DNA of 64,000 nt from an uncultured Candidatus Saccharibacteria bacterium (lineage in GTDB: Bacteria; Patescibacteriota; Minisyncoccia; Phycocordibacterales; PALSA-1337), in contig CAZVQB010000002.1 in assembly GCA_964629235.1 (NCBI GenBank), forward strand, positions 4,339 to 68,338, given 5' to 3'. Under the pieces are notes generated by a model, which ran no database searches, had not been told where the DNA came from, and was given only the letters and a program-made list of their open reading frames with translations. Positions 1-9,393 of the stretch are shown piece by piece. Every line of letters begins with the position of its first letter. Positions within the stretch are counted from its first letter, which is position 1. The position numbers and the translations under genes are program-made.

Positions 1-1
1 T

Positions 2-544
2 ACCGATATTATAGAGAACTGGACTCAAAGCATATATTAGAAATCTTTTATGCATTTGAGTAATACTTGATAGGAAATTCGATAGACCAAGAAATATTGG
101 TGAAAGTAACAATATTCTTGAATATAGAATCAAATCCTGGAGAAATTCACTATTTGCAAAACCCGGAAAAAGAATTGAAGTTAGGCTTGGTATTAAGAAA
201 TAAGTTGCAATACTTACAGCCACGATTCCAAAGAAGAAAGCTGAGAATATACTGTCTATAAATCTTCTTCCTCTATCACCATCATTATTGAATCGATCTA
301 TAAAGAAAGGGACCAGAACAGAAGCAGACACTATCGATGCTACAGATACGAATATAAGATCAGGAATTCTAAAAGCGGAATAGTATATATCAAGTATATG
401 ACCTGCACCGAAATTGTATGCAAGAAGTTTGTCTCGAACTAGAGCCAATATTTGTGATAGAAAGGCAAAAAAAGCCAAGAGGTAAGCAGCCTCGTGTAAA
501 CCAACTATTTCCTTGCCTACCATCTCGAAGAATTTTTTGACCAT
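2..544 (-). CDS. murJ: Lipid II flippase MurJ (MviN), N-terminal part; runs off window start
   Basis: Not in the ORF track. Manual translation from ATG 544 gives MVKKFFEMVGKEIVGLHEAAYLLAFFAFLSQILALVRDKLLAYNFGAGHILDIYYSAFRIPD..., matching the MurJ SxxLxxxRD...FG...D.Y..AFRIP pattern; frame is open to the edge. Confidence 0.88.
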   Translation of the reverse strand, partial: MVKKFFEMVGKEIVGLHEAAYLLAFFAFLSQILALVRDKLLAYNFGAGHILDIYYSAFRIPDLIFVSVASIVSASVLVPFFIDRFNNDGDRGRRFIDSIFSAFFFGIVAVSIATYFLIPSLTSILFPGFANSEFLQDLILYSRILLLSPIFLGLSNFLSSITQMHKRFLIYALSPVLYNIG

Positions 545-547
545 GTG

Positions 548-2953
548 CTACTTACTCTTTATCGGAAGTGTCTTTCTCTTTTCAGGTTTTGAATCTATTG
601 GTGGTTTTGCGTCTTGGAATGGTGATTTGCCAGCTCTTAGATTTGATAGAATAAATGCTACTTCTTGATTGTCTGGATTTGTCTTTGTAAGATTTTCAAA
701 TTGTATTATTGCATCTTGGAATTGATTTAATCTTGCATATGATAATCCAAGGAAATATTGTGCATTTGCATATTGATTATCTAGTTTAATTGCTTGATTT
801 AATGCATCGATAGCTGCTTGATAGTCTTTATCATTGTACTGTAATAAACCTAGTTGAAAGAAGATCAGGGGATTTGTATTGTTTATCTGACTTGCAACTT
901 GTACTGAAGTGATAGCATCTTTTATTTGACCCTGACTTACCTGTATCTGTGAAAGTAAGAATATTGCCTCTAGATAATTTTGCTTCAGTTGAAGTGCCAA
1001 ACCTATATTTCTCTGAGCTTCAGTCATTTTATTTTGTGATGCATCAACTCTTGCCATATTTAGATAAATCAATGGACTATATGGATTATATTTCAAAGCG
1101 TTTGCATAAGAATTTTTAATATTTTCATAAGCATTTGGAGCTTGAAGAGTAAGTGCAACTTCAGAAATTCTCGCTTCAGAAATATAGTTATAGTAGTTTG
1201 TTGGATCAGTATTGATTGCTTCTCTAGTGTACTTTAGAGCTTCTTCTGTTAGTGTAGCTACTTCTTTTAGAATTTCTTGACTTGTATTTTGTTTTGATTG
1301 AATTTGTTGTACAAGATTAGAAATTTTCAAGATATTTATCTCTGAAAGAGCTTGATAGTATGTATCATTTTTATCCAAAGCTAGTGCTTTTTTGAAATTA
1401 TCTTGTGCCTTTGCCATACCCTGTCCATTTGGAAGATTTAGAGCACTTATACCCCCTTGGAAATATCCAATAGCAAGAACTTTCTTTGTATACACTGCTG
1501 TCCATATTACACAGATTGCGAAAATAACTATTAGAACAAGAGGAGTTAACTTTTTAACTATTCCTTCATCCTTACTAACATCTACAAGAACAACCTCACC
1601 CTCATTTACAAGACATGCCAAGAACAGACCAGTCATTATGAAAGTTAATAGTAATACTGCATGAGAAGGAAGATAAACTATATTTACAAGCCATAGGAAT
1701 AATGCAGTGAAAAATGTAGATGTAGTAAAGAATATAGAAAGATTGTCTGACTTCTTCTTTAGTGCTTTGAATCCTGAATAGATAAATATAACTATAAATA
1801 CTAACCATAGAGCAATACCAACTAAACCTTGTGTAACTACGAAAGTTGGAATAGTTCCAAATCCTGAACCGAATTCTGTATTCCAAAATATTGTTGGATT
1901 AACAACAGGTGGTTTGAATTTCAAATATTGATTGCCAAATCTATTTGGACCAGCACCAAAGAATGGTGATTCTTTTATTGTATCTGTAGCAACATCAAGA
2001 CTCAATTGCCAAGGAAGATTGACTTCTGTTTGGCTAATATTAAGTTTACTTATTATAGGATTTACAATAGCATCCCCTTTCCACAATCCCAAAACCACAA
2101 CAATCACTATTATAGAAGTAAGCACCGGAATCTTTTTTATCATTCCACTAATACCAGCTACATTTGATGTATTATTTCTATATTCATATATAGCCAAGAG
2201 AATCATAGTCAGAAGGAACATTGACCAAACAATACTTGAATTTACAAGCACAGCGAAGACGAAAGAAAGTATAGATACAACTGTAAGTAGAATTTTGAAT
2301 GATCTTTTCAAAGAAATCATCCTCAATCCAAGATATGAAAGTATAAATACGATACCAGAAAGTATAGATAGATCATTCCATTTTCCAAATATTGTAGAAG
2401 TTGTTGTTTTGAATATAGAAAATCCCAGAACATCAGCTCCACCGAACATTCTAATTACATGGAATACAAAAATAATTGCGAATGAAAATAGGATAGAACC
2501 ATAAACATAAAGTATTCTATCTTTTTCGTTTCTTGTTAGATTTAAAGTTAAGAAAGCTCCTAGAAACAATACCAGGATCATACTAACTGTTCCAAGTTCG
2601 AAACCTTGTCCAAAGACAGATTTCCAAATGTTTGTACTGAACATTGTTGAGACAATAAGTGAAAGCACGATTCCACACGAAGCTAGGAAAATAGGGTGCT
2701 TTGGTATATATAGGCTCTTATTTTTAAAAGCAGATAGAAAATAAAGTAGACTTGAAATAAGAATACCGAATGTTATTACGGTATTTTTTTCCATTTCCAT
2801 AGGGCCATATAAAGTTGGAATGAAAGCCAGCACACCCAAAATTATCGTTGGTAGACGAACAATAAAAGAAATTCTTTCTAAACGACCTTTTGATTCAGTA
2901 GGAGCTTGAACAGTGTCTACTGAAGATTGATTTGGTTGATTTATTGTATCCAT
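548..2953 (-). CDS. Polytopic membrane protein, O-antigen ligase/O-OTase-like (Wzy_C) region plus C-terminal TPR repeats
   Basis: About 12 hydrophobic segments, PFFGAGPNRF loop motif, many TPR-like repeats (FQLGLLQY, YFLGLSY). ATG 2953 preferred over TTG 2992. Confidence 0.7.
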   Translation of the reverse strand: MDTINQPNQSSVDTVQAPTESKGRLERISFIVRLPTIILGVLAFIPTLYGPMEMEKNTVITFGILISSLLYFLSAFKNKSLYIPKHPIFLASCGIVLSLIVSTMFSTNIWKSVFGQGFELGTVSMILVLFLGAFLTLNLTRNEKDRILYVYGSILFSFAIIFVFHVIRMFGGADVLGFSIFKTTTSTIFGKWNDLSILSGIVFILSYLGLRMISLKRSFKILLTVVSILSFVFAVLVNSSIVWSMFLLTMILLAIYEYRNNTSNVAGISGMIKKIPVLTSIIVIVVVLGLWKGDAIVNPIISKLNISQTEVNLPWQLSLDVATDTIKESPFFGAGPNRFGNQYLKFKPPVVNPTIFWNTEFGSGFGTIPTFVVTQGLVGIALWLVFIVIFIYSGFKALKKKSDNLSIFFTTSTFFTALFLWLVNIVYLPSHAVLLLTFIMTGLFLACLVNEGEVVLVDVSKDEGIVKKLTPLVLIVIFAICVIWTAVYTKKVLAIGYFQGGISALNLPNGQGMAKAQDNFKKALALDKNDTYYQALSEINILKISNLVQQIQSKQNTSQEILKEVATLTEEALKYTREAINTDPTNYYNYISEARISEVALTLQAPNAYENIKNSYANALKYNPYSPLIYLNMARVDASQNKMTEAQRNIGLALQLKQNYLEAIFLLSQIQVSQGQIKDAITSVQVASQINNTNPLIFFQLGLLQYNDKDYQAAIDALNQAIKLDNQYANAQYFLGLSYARLNQFQDAIIQFENLTKTNPDNQEVAFILSNLRAGKSPFQDAKPPIDSKPEKRKTLPIKSK

Positions 2954-3000
2954 AATAAGAACTAATACTTTATTAATAATCGATAGGGACAATTATAACA

Positions 3001-3027
3001 AACAAAAAACTCCCTGTTAAGGAAGTT
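3001..3027 (-). terminator. Intrinsic terminator of rnpB
   Basis: Minus strand AACTTCC-TTAACA-GGGAGTT followed by TTTTGTT, just after the RNase P RNA 3' end. Confidence 0.7.
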
Positions 3028-3037
3028 TCTTGATTTG

Positions 3038-3349
3038 ACATATCGATAAGCCGAGTTCTGTATCAATTTTTCATACTCTTGTGAATATAATATTGACGAC
3101 AATCATTTATCTGGGATTTACCTTACGATAAACCTCAAGCGGCACTCCTATTTGCATAGGCACGGCCTTGCACTGAAGTAAGGATTTTGCCGTTTCACTC
3201 CCACTAAAGGGATTCGTCACTGTTCTCACCTCGCACCTCACGGTGGACGGGCATTACCCGCTACCCTGCTCCTATTCTTGCGAATTGGCAGTGCTCGGAC
3301 TTTCCTCTATTTGCAAGCTTCCGCTTACAATAGCGATTGTCTGATATGT
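3038..3349 (-). ncRNA. rnpB: RNase P RNA (compact, ~312 nt)
   Basis: Minus strand has the universal GAGGAAAGUCC (P4 5') and ACAGAACUCGGCUUAU (P4 3'), AGUGAAACGGC, and P1 ACAUAUC/GAUAUGU end pairing. Confidence 0.95.
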
Positions 3350-3355
3350 GGATAT

Positions 3356-3364
3356 ATTATAACA
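3356..3364 (-). promoter_or_regulatory. Extended -10 promoter of rnpB
   Basis: TGTTATAAT on the minus strand, 6 nt upstream of the P1 5' end. Confidence 0.7.
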
Positions 3365-3438
3365 CAGATTTGGATTATATGGAATAATGTTGACTATTAG
3401 TAATAAAATACTAATATCATAGTAGAACTTTGATTTTT

Positions 3439-3813
3439 ATGAAAAAAAGTCTACTTAATTTCACTCAAGGTAGTGTAATGTCTGATTACGTTAGTTCATT
3501 AAAATTAACCGAGGAAGAATCAGGTAAGCTTCATATGTTTTTTAGTCCAAATCGAGTACCCATTGGCTTAACAGACAGAGAAGTTATCGTCTGTATAAAT
3601 CTGTATCCACTTAAAAAGAAAAACAGACGCCGAAGTATTCTACCAAGACAGCCAAATTCAAATGGTAGTATTGAGGAGGAAGTACTGGAAGCAATCAACA
3701 CCATAATGTACACAGACGACAATTTACCTGAAGAATTCAATCCAGATAGAAAGATGACAAGGGGTAAATTCAAAAGGGGCGTCATAAAATTCCTATTTGG
3801 ACTAAAAAAATGA
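3439..3813 (+). CDS. Hypothetical protein
   Basis: ORF fills the gap between rnpB and nrdB; TTGACT-N16-TAATAT upstream and a terminator directly after; no recognisable family. Confidence 0.6.
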   Translation: MKKSLLNFTQGSVMSDYVSSLKLTEEESGKLHMFFSPNRVPIGLTDREVIVCINLYPLKKKNRRRSILPRQPNSNGSIEEEVLEAINTIMYTDDNLPEEFNPDRKMTRGKFKRGVIKFLFGLKK

Positions 3814-3828
3814 TTATCATCGAACACC

Positions 3829-3860
3829 AAAAAACCAGCCGACGAAGCTGGTTTTTGTTT
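3829..3860. terminator. Bidirectional intrinsic terminator
   Basis: AAAAACCAGC-CGACGAA-GCTGGTTTTT between convergent genes, with A/T tracts on both sides. Confidence 0.85.
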
Positions 3861-3876
3861 GTAAAATATTTACCAC

Positions 3877-4899
3877 TTACTCCCCACTTCCTACACTCGC
3901 TGGAGCTGATTCTTTCTTTTTTCCATGTGAATGTGAATCCACTTCATAACTTGTATTCTGTGCTTCAAAGAAGTTTACAAGTTCATACACATCTGTAGCT
4001 GTACTCATCCATTTTGCTGGATTTGTTACATTGTAATACTTTGGAAAACCTAGCTCTTCTAGTCTTCTATCTGCTACATATTTTACATATTGATTTACAT
4101 AGTCAGCATTCAGACCAAGAATACCATTTGGGAATAGATCTTTATTGTAATCTACTTCTCGATTCACACCTTCTATGATTATATTTCTAATCTCATCAGC
4201 AAACTCTGGGGAAAGTAAATCTTGATTCTCTTCTAGAATATTGTGGATCAAATTTATTCCAAATTGCAGGTGTAGACTTTCATCTCGCAAAACCCAGTTG
4301 ATCATAGAACCAAAGTTTCTAAGTTGCTTTCTTTGTCTGAATGATAGTACCACCATGAATCCTGAATAGAACCAAATTCCTTCCATCACAATGTTTGTAG
4401 CAACTAGATTTCGGATGAAATCCTTTTTACCTTCAACAGTCTCAACATCTAGAGAAGTTTCGGTCATTCTTCTCATATAGTTGTTTATATAATCCTCTTT
4501 TGCTTTCATTGAAGGAACATTCAAATGGTGATTGAATACCTTTTCTCTATCAAATGGGAATGTCTCAAGAACATATTCAAAAGCAACACAGTGGTTGGCT
4601 TCTTCCCACATTTGTTTTGCTAGATATAGGTGGCATTCTGGAGACTTTAGATATGGATATATACCTAGAGCAATAGAACGATTCACGATAAGTTCGGCAG
4701 GGTTAAAGAATGCCATTAGGAACTCTACTGCATGTCTTTCATCATCAGTCATTTTCTTCCAATCATCTAGATCCTCTTTTAGAGTGATTTCGTGAGGAAA
4801 CCAAGTATTACGTACAGCTTGATTGTACAAATCATATGCCCACTTATACTTGATTGGATGTAAACTTGTATCTTCAGGTGCGGCTTTTCCGATAAGCAT
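3877..4899 (-). CDS. nrdB: Ribonucleotide reductase beta subunit, class Ic-type (R2c) signature
   Basis: Ferritin-like ligands EEANH, MEGIWFYSGF, RDESLH; C-terminal NFFE..NTSY; Glu at the first ligand (FFNPAE) and Phe at the radical-Tyr position (H+4). Confidence 0.93.
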   Translation of the reverse strand: MLIGKAAPEDTSLHPIKYKWAYDLYNQAVRNTWFPHEITLKEDLDDWKKMTDDERHAVEFLMAFFNPAELIVNRSIALGIYPYLKSPECHLYLAKQMWEEANHCVAFEYVLETFPFDREKVFNHHLNVPSMKAKEDYINNYMRRMTETSLDVETVEGKKDFIRNLVATNIVMEGIWFYSGFMVVLSFRQRKQLRNFGSMINWVLRDESLHLQFGINLIHNILEENQDLLSPEFADEIRNIIIEGVNREVDYNKDLFPNGILGLNADYVNQYVKYVADRRLEELGFPKYYNVTNPAKWMSTATDVYELVNFFEAQNTSYEVDSHSHGKKKESAPASVGSGE

Positions 4900-4924
4900 A
4901 ATATTTTATTTAATTAATTTATAA

Positions 4925-7654
4925 TTACTGACAACTATCACATTGTGCTCTTTCTGCTGGATCTATTGGGCAAACTTTTGGCTGAGATTTGACTTGGAAG
5001 TTTGGATTGTTACTTAACTTTGCCATAATCTCATCTCTAGACAAAGAACTATCTTTTTTAACTTCTTTTATACTTTCCACTTTTTTAATTTCAGGCATTG
5101 ATGACATCAGAGGCATACTTGGTTGTATTGTCGAGGCTTCTCTTACTTCATCTCTCATCTCTTCTCTTTGATAAACTGGTGTAGCAACCTTTGCAACTTC
5201 TACTCTTTGTATAATAAGTGGACTCTCTATAGGTTGCTTCACTTCTGATACAGTCTCCTCTTTTGTCGCTGAAGCTACTGCTGCGAATCCTCTCTTTCCA
5301 ATCTTTTCTGCTTTATTAACTTTAGTTGTACTTTGTTCTGCTGTATGTCGAGGCTTCATATGTAGATAATACGTTGACTTCAAACCTTTTTTCCAAGCAG
5401 TTGTGTAAATATCCATAGTTTCATCTATATCTCTTGTCTCAAGATACATATTTCTTGAAAGAGCTTGATCCACCCACTTCTGTGCACGTGCAGCTACTTC
5501 TACATAAGCTAGAGGTGATGTTGTGAATGATGTTTTATAAACATCTTTGATGTGTTGTGGAATACCTGGAATATTTGAAATATCTCCTTGATTCTCGATA
5601 ATTGCTTCTCGAACCTTTTCCCAGATTCCCATATTCTTAAGATCTTTAACTAGGTTATGGTTTATATCCATATATTTTCCTGAAATCTTATTTCTAGAAA
5701 ATACTTGAGCAAAACGAGCATCAATTCCTGGAGTTGTTCCTACTACTAGACCGATATTTGCATTTGGAGCTACAGCCATCAAAGTAGCATTTCTAATTCC
5801 CTTTTTAACTTTCTCTCTTAGAATCTGCCAATTCAATCCTCTGTGTTTGCTCTGACTATCTACAGTTACAGATATTCCTCTTGAATCGCCAACCTTGTTT
5901 AAAGTATCTATTGGAACTTTTCCTTTTGACCATTCTGAACCAGTAAAATGACTATATGATCCTCTTTCTTGTGCAAGATTTGCACTTTCGTCTATAGCCA
6001 TATAACTTACGAATTCAAATATTCTGTCAGCAAAATCCCAAGCGTGTTCACTGTCATAAGACATACCTAGTTGTTCGATGGTATCTGCAAATCCCATCAC
6101 TCCAAGACCAATAGCACGATTCTCTCGATCTGATTTTGCTGCTTCTGGAATCGGTAGAATATTTATATCTATTAGGTTATCCAACTGTCGAACTGCAAGT
6201 CGAACACTCTCTTCCAATCTTCCCCAGTGCACTTCTTTATTCTTTATGTGAGCCGCTAGATTTAGTGAAGCGAGATTACAAACTGCGACATTGTCTTTGT
6301 CTTGAGGTAGACATATCTCTGTACAAAGGTTCGACATATGAATCGTTCCTGTATTGTTATTCAAAGCACGGTTGTTTATTGTATCTTTCCAAACAAGCCA
6401 TGGGTGTGATGTTGATTGTAGAGATGTAATAATCTGTCTATATTGTTCTTTTGCAGGAACTTTTTTGAACATTACCAATTCCCCTCTTTCTGCTTTTTCT
6501 ATATAGTGAGCGTATTTTACACTGAATTCTTTTCCATATAATTCATTTAAATCCCCTGTTTCTGCAGGGTCGAACATATACCAATCTTGATCCTTTTCGA
6601 CTCTAGACATAAATTCATCTGATAGGAAAACGGCAGTATTGGCAGTTCTCATTCTCATATAATCATCACCCGCATTGTGTTTCCAATCTAGGAATTCTGG
6701 AAAATCGTAGTGCCAGTTCTCCATATAGAAACATAGTGCTCCTTTTTTCTTTCCACCTCTCATAACTGCACGAATAGCTGTATCGATTATCTTTGCAAAA
6801 GGAGTAGGACCGCTAGAAACACCTCCGAAATTTGATTTCAAAGGAGAACCTGTTGCTCTCAACTTTGTAATAGACGCTCCGATTCCTCCTGAACCTTTTG
6901 ATAGAAGTAAAACATCTGATACAGACTTTGCAATATGACCCATATCATCATGTATCTCCATTAGATAACAGTTTGAAAGCGCTGGTCGTGTAGTACCTGA
7001 ACCGAGATTTGTAGATCCACCAGCTATATACTGATGACGAGACATTTTGTCATAGAACTTCTTTGCATATTCATTTGGATTTTTCTCATTGTAACAAAGC
7101 CCCATAGCAACTCTCATAAAAAAATATTGCGGTGTTTCTAGAGGATGTTGTTTATCGTCCTTTAAGAAATATCTATTTATAAGTCCATCAAGACCAGCAT
7201 AGACGAAAAGCTCGTCTCTATCCAAAGATATATAATCAGCCAACTCTTCGAGATTAAACCTTGATCCCATATCCTTGTGAAGACGATTTTGTTCTATTCC
7301 AGATTTTATATAGTGAATAAAAGCATCTCTATGTTTCTTCTGCAAATCAGCTGGATTCTCTTTATCATATTCACCCACAACTCTACGATAAACAGTCTTT
7401 AGAAGTAGTCTAGTTGCTACTTTATCGTATTGTATATCCTCTTTAATATTTTGAACTGCAGCATTTATAGTTGCATGATCTAGTTCATCAGTGGTAATAC
7501 CATTATAAAGAGTTAGATATGTCTCTGTAGCTATTTGAGTAACCATAGCTATAGGATCAACAAGTCCCGCACAAGCTCTTTCGATAGAACGATTTACTCT
7601 ATCTGCATTATGCAATTCACGTGTACCATCAGTCTTCGTTATGTATATGCTCAT
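4925..7654 (-). CDS. nrdA: Ribonucleotide reductase alpha subunit with N-terminal ATP cone
   Basis: ITKTDG ATP cone, LSNCY, SNLCTEI, VCNLAS, APNANI, KSTYY, C-terminal CDSCQ. Confidence 0.95.
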   Translation of the reverse strand: MSIYITKTDGTRELHNADRVNRSIERACAGLVDPIAMVTQIATETYLTLYNGITTDELDHATINAAVQNIKEDIQYDKVATRLLLKTVYRRVVGEYDKENPADLQKKHRDAFIHYIKSGIEQNRLHKDMGSRFNLEELADYISLDRDELFVYAGLDGLINRYFLKDDKQHPLETPQYFFMRVAMGLCYNEKNPNEYAKKFYDKMSRHQYIAGGSTNLGSGTTRPALSNCYLMEIHDDMGHIAKSVSDVLLLSKGSGGIGASITKLRATGSPLKSNFGGVSSGPTPFAKIIDTAIRAVMRGGKKKGALCFYMENWHYDFPEFLDWKHNAGDDYMRMRTANTAVFLSDEFMSRVEKDQDWYMFDPAETGDLNELYGKEFSVKYAHYIEKAERGELVMFKKVPAKEQYRQIITSLQSTSHPWLVWKDTINNRALNNNTGTIHMSNLCTEICLPQDKDNVAVCNLASLNLAAHIKNKEVHWGRLEESVRLAVRQLDNLIDINILPIPEAAKSDRENRAIGLGVMGFADTIEQLGMSYDSEHAWDFADRIFEFVSYMAIDESANLAQERGSYSHFTGSEWSKGKVPIDTLNKVGDSRGISVTVDSQSKHRGLNWQILREKVKKGIRNATLMAVAPNANIGLVVGTTPGIDARFAQVFSRNKISGKYMDINHNLVKDLKNMGIWEKVREAIIENQGDISNIPGIPQHIKDVYKTSFTTSPLAYVEVAARAQKWVDQALSRNMYLETRDIDETMDIYTTAWKKGLKSTYYLHMKPRHTAEQSTTKVNKAEKIGKRGFAAVASATKEETVSEVKQPIESPLIIQRVEVAKVATPVYQREEMRDEVREASTIQPSMPLMSSMPEIKKVESIKEVKKDSSLSRDEIMAKLSNNPNFQVKSQPKVCPIDPAERAQCDSCQ

Positions 7655-7767
7655 AAATTAATAATATTATTTTACTAGTGGAAACATTTTACCTTTTTAG
7701 CAAGGTTTAAAAAAGGGGAAAATAACTTTTTTTATAGATAAGAGACAGAAATTTAAAAATGTAAATA

Positions 7768-8229
7768 CTATCCCTTCGTTAATTTTAAAATATTTCCCAC
7801 TTCAAGTTTATTTTCATCAGAAAAACCAGCATTTGCTTCAATTACGTATAGGCTTTTTTCTGGTGGGAAGAATTGTTCTGGATAACTGTCTATTGATACA
7901 CTTTTTTCGATATATACAATTTTATTATTTTCATCTAACCAGATAATATCTATCGGAAATTTCATATCTTTCATCCAAAAACCATATGTATCTGGTTCAT
8001 CGAATACAAAAAGCATAGCACTTCCCTTTACTAAACTTGCCCTACCGCTTAAACCAGCAACCCTCGAAGCTTCAGTATCAGAAACAATAAGTGGAATATT
8101 TTTACCATTTACCTCCAATTTATACTTGGCAATATTTTTAATGTTTGTATCTTTAGGCAAAACACAGAATATCCAAACAATAATCGCAACCAACAAAACA
8201 TAAAATGGTATTTTCTTTTTCATATACAT
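7768..8229 (-). CDS. DUF192 family protein
   Basis: GLSGR, MLFVF, FWMKDMKFPIDIIW and YVIEANAG motifs; N-terminal TM segment. Confidence 0.85.
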   Translation of the reverse strand: MYMKKKIPFYVLLVAIIVWIFCVLPKDTNIKNIAKYKLEVNGKNIPLIVSDTEASRVAGLSGRASLVKGSAMLFVFDEPDTYGFWMKDMKFPIDIIWLDENNKIVYIEKSVSIDSYPEQFFPPEKSLYVIEANAGFSDENKLEVGNILKLTKG

Positions 8230-8297
8230 TATTATCCCTTTTTAATATTCTTTCATCAAGATGATATGGAGAAAAAAGATATGTTAATATTATATAT

Positions 8298-8849
8298 ATG
8301 AAAATTTCTTTTGTAGGACCATTCGCAGTAGGAAAAGATGCTGTATCAAGTTATGTTGAAAAGAAATACAATTTAACGCACATTTCAAGTGGGAATCTGG
8401 TAAGAGATTATGTAACAAAGAACAATCTCGGTGGCTTGGATAGAAAAAATCTTCAAATTGTTGCAAATAAGATGCGAGCTGAGGGTGGTGGTGACATTTT
8501 AGTCAAAATAGCTTTATCTGAAGCAAAAGACAATGTAATAATTAGCGGCCTACGCGCAATAGATGAAGTAAAAACTTTTAAAAAAATGGGTGGCACTGTA
8601 ATTGCAATAACCGCTCCAATTGAGCAAAGATACAAATTGGCGCAAATGCGTGGTCGTATAGATGATCATATTTCTTTTGAAGAATTCAGGAAAATTGAAG
8701 AGGAAGAAAATAAAAGTAAAGACCATAACGAACAAAATCTGTCCAAAGTCATAGCAATGGCAGATTTTGAAGTCATAAATGATGGAAGTCTTGAGGAGTT
8801 ATTCGCAAAATGCGATAAGACTATTTCCCAAATTATGAATGGATTCTAA
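8298..8849 (+). CDS. P-loop nucleoside-monophosphate/dephospho-CoA kinase-like protein
   Basis: Walker A GPFAVGKD, ISGLR..DE, RGR.DD, ADFEVINDGSLEEL. Confidence 0.7.
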   Translation: MKISFVGPFAVGKDAVSSYVEKKYNLTHISSGNLVRDYVTKNNLGGLDRKNLQIVANKMRAEGGGDILVKIALSEAKDNVIISGLRAIDEVKTFKKMGGTVIAITAPIEQRYKLAQMRGRIDDHISFEEFRKIEEEENKSKDHNEQNLSKVIAMADFEVINDGSLEELFAKCDKTISQIMNGF

Positions 8850-8851
8850 TA

Positions 8852-9325
8852 TTATCTTGAGAATATACTCATGATTGCATCCCATAGACTAGCAAGGTTT
8901 GCACTGAAACTCTTTTCAACTGCAAAAGTCTTATTGTCTACACTTGATACACAACCACCTGTAAAACTCTCAGGATTTCCACAACCGATTTCGATTTGTA
9001 GATTTTCACCTAATTCATCTCTTTTTGGTGACCATTTGAAACTTCCATCATTCTCAGTATTAGTAGCAATTTGTCTAACTAGTTCATAACTTACTGGTGA
9101 ATCTGAAACCTTTTTTATAAGGTTAATATTTATACTTGCTCCAGCTGGGAAATTCTCAGTTGTCCAAGTTATATTTTGATTTGATCCAGTCTTAATTATA
9201 GACTTTGAAACAGAATTAACTGTATTTACCTTTGCTTCATTTGAAGCATTTACTGCAGAAAAACTTATTGAAAATACCGATAAAACGACTATTAATGTTG
9301 CGATTGAATAAGATAATTTGTTCAT
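8852..9325 (-). CDS. Secreted protein with Ig-like Ser/Thr-rich domain
   Basis: Signal peptide; ITWTT...NINL...NDGSFKW pattern typical of surface beta-sandwich modules; ends ANLASLWDAI. Confidence 0.55.
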   Translation of the reverse strand: MNKLSYSIATLIVVLSVFSISFSAVNASNEAKVNTVNSVSKSIIKTGSNQNITWTTENFPAGASININLIKKVSDSPVSYELVRQIATNTENDGSFKWSPKRDELGENLQIEIGCGNPESFTGGCVSSVDNKTFAVEKSFSANLASLWDAIMSIFSR

Positions 9326-9393
9326 ATTTTTATTGTTATTTTATAAGTATACACGAAAATTTCAATTTGTCAAGGTCTATATAAAGTGGATAA

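Noticed and set aside
67-261. Plus-strand 64-aa ORF and the many other short ORFs nested antisense or off-frame in long genes
   Set aside because: They overlap well-supported genes (here murJ) and have no motifs; treated as shadow ORFs.
3810-3998. 62-aa plus-strand ORF
   Set aside because: Runs through a terminator and antisense into nrdB.
4925-7654. Possible intein or intron in the long nrdA
   Set aside because: Core motifs are normally spaced, there is no splice-junction or endonuclease motif, and the extra length is the C-terminal tail.
7655-7767. NrdR box or riboswitch upstream of nrdA
   Set aside because: No ACACwATATwGTG-like box; only an A/T-rich imperfect hairpin.
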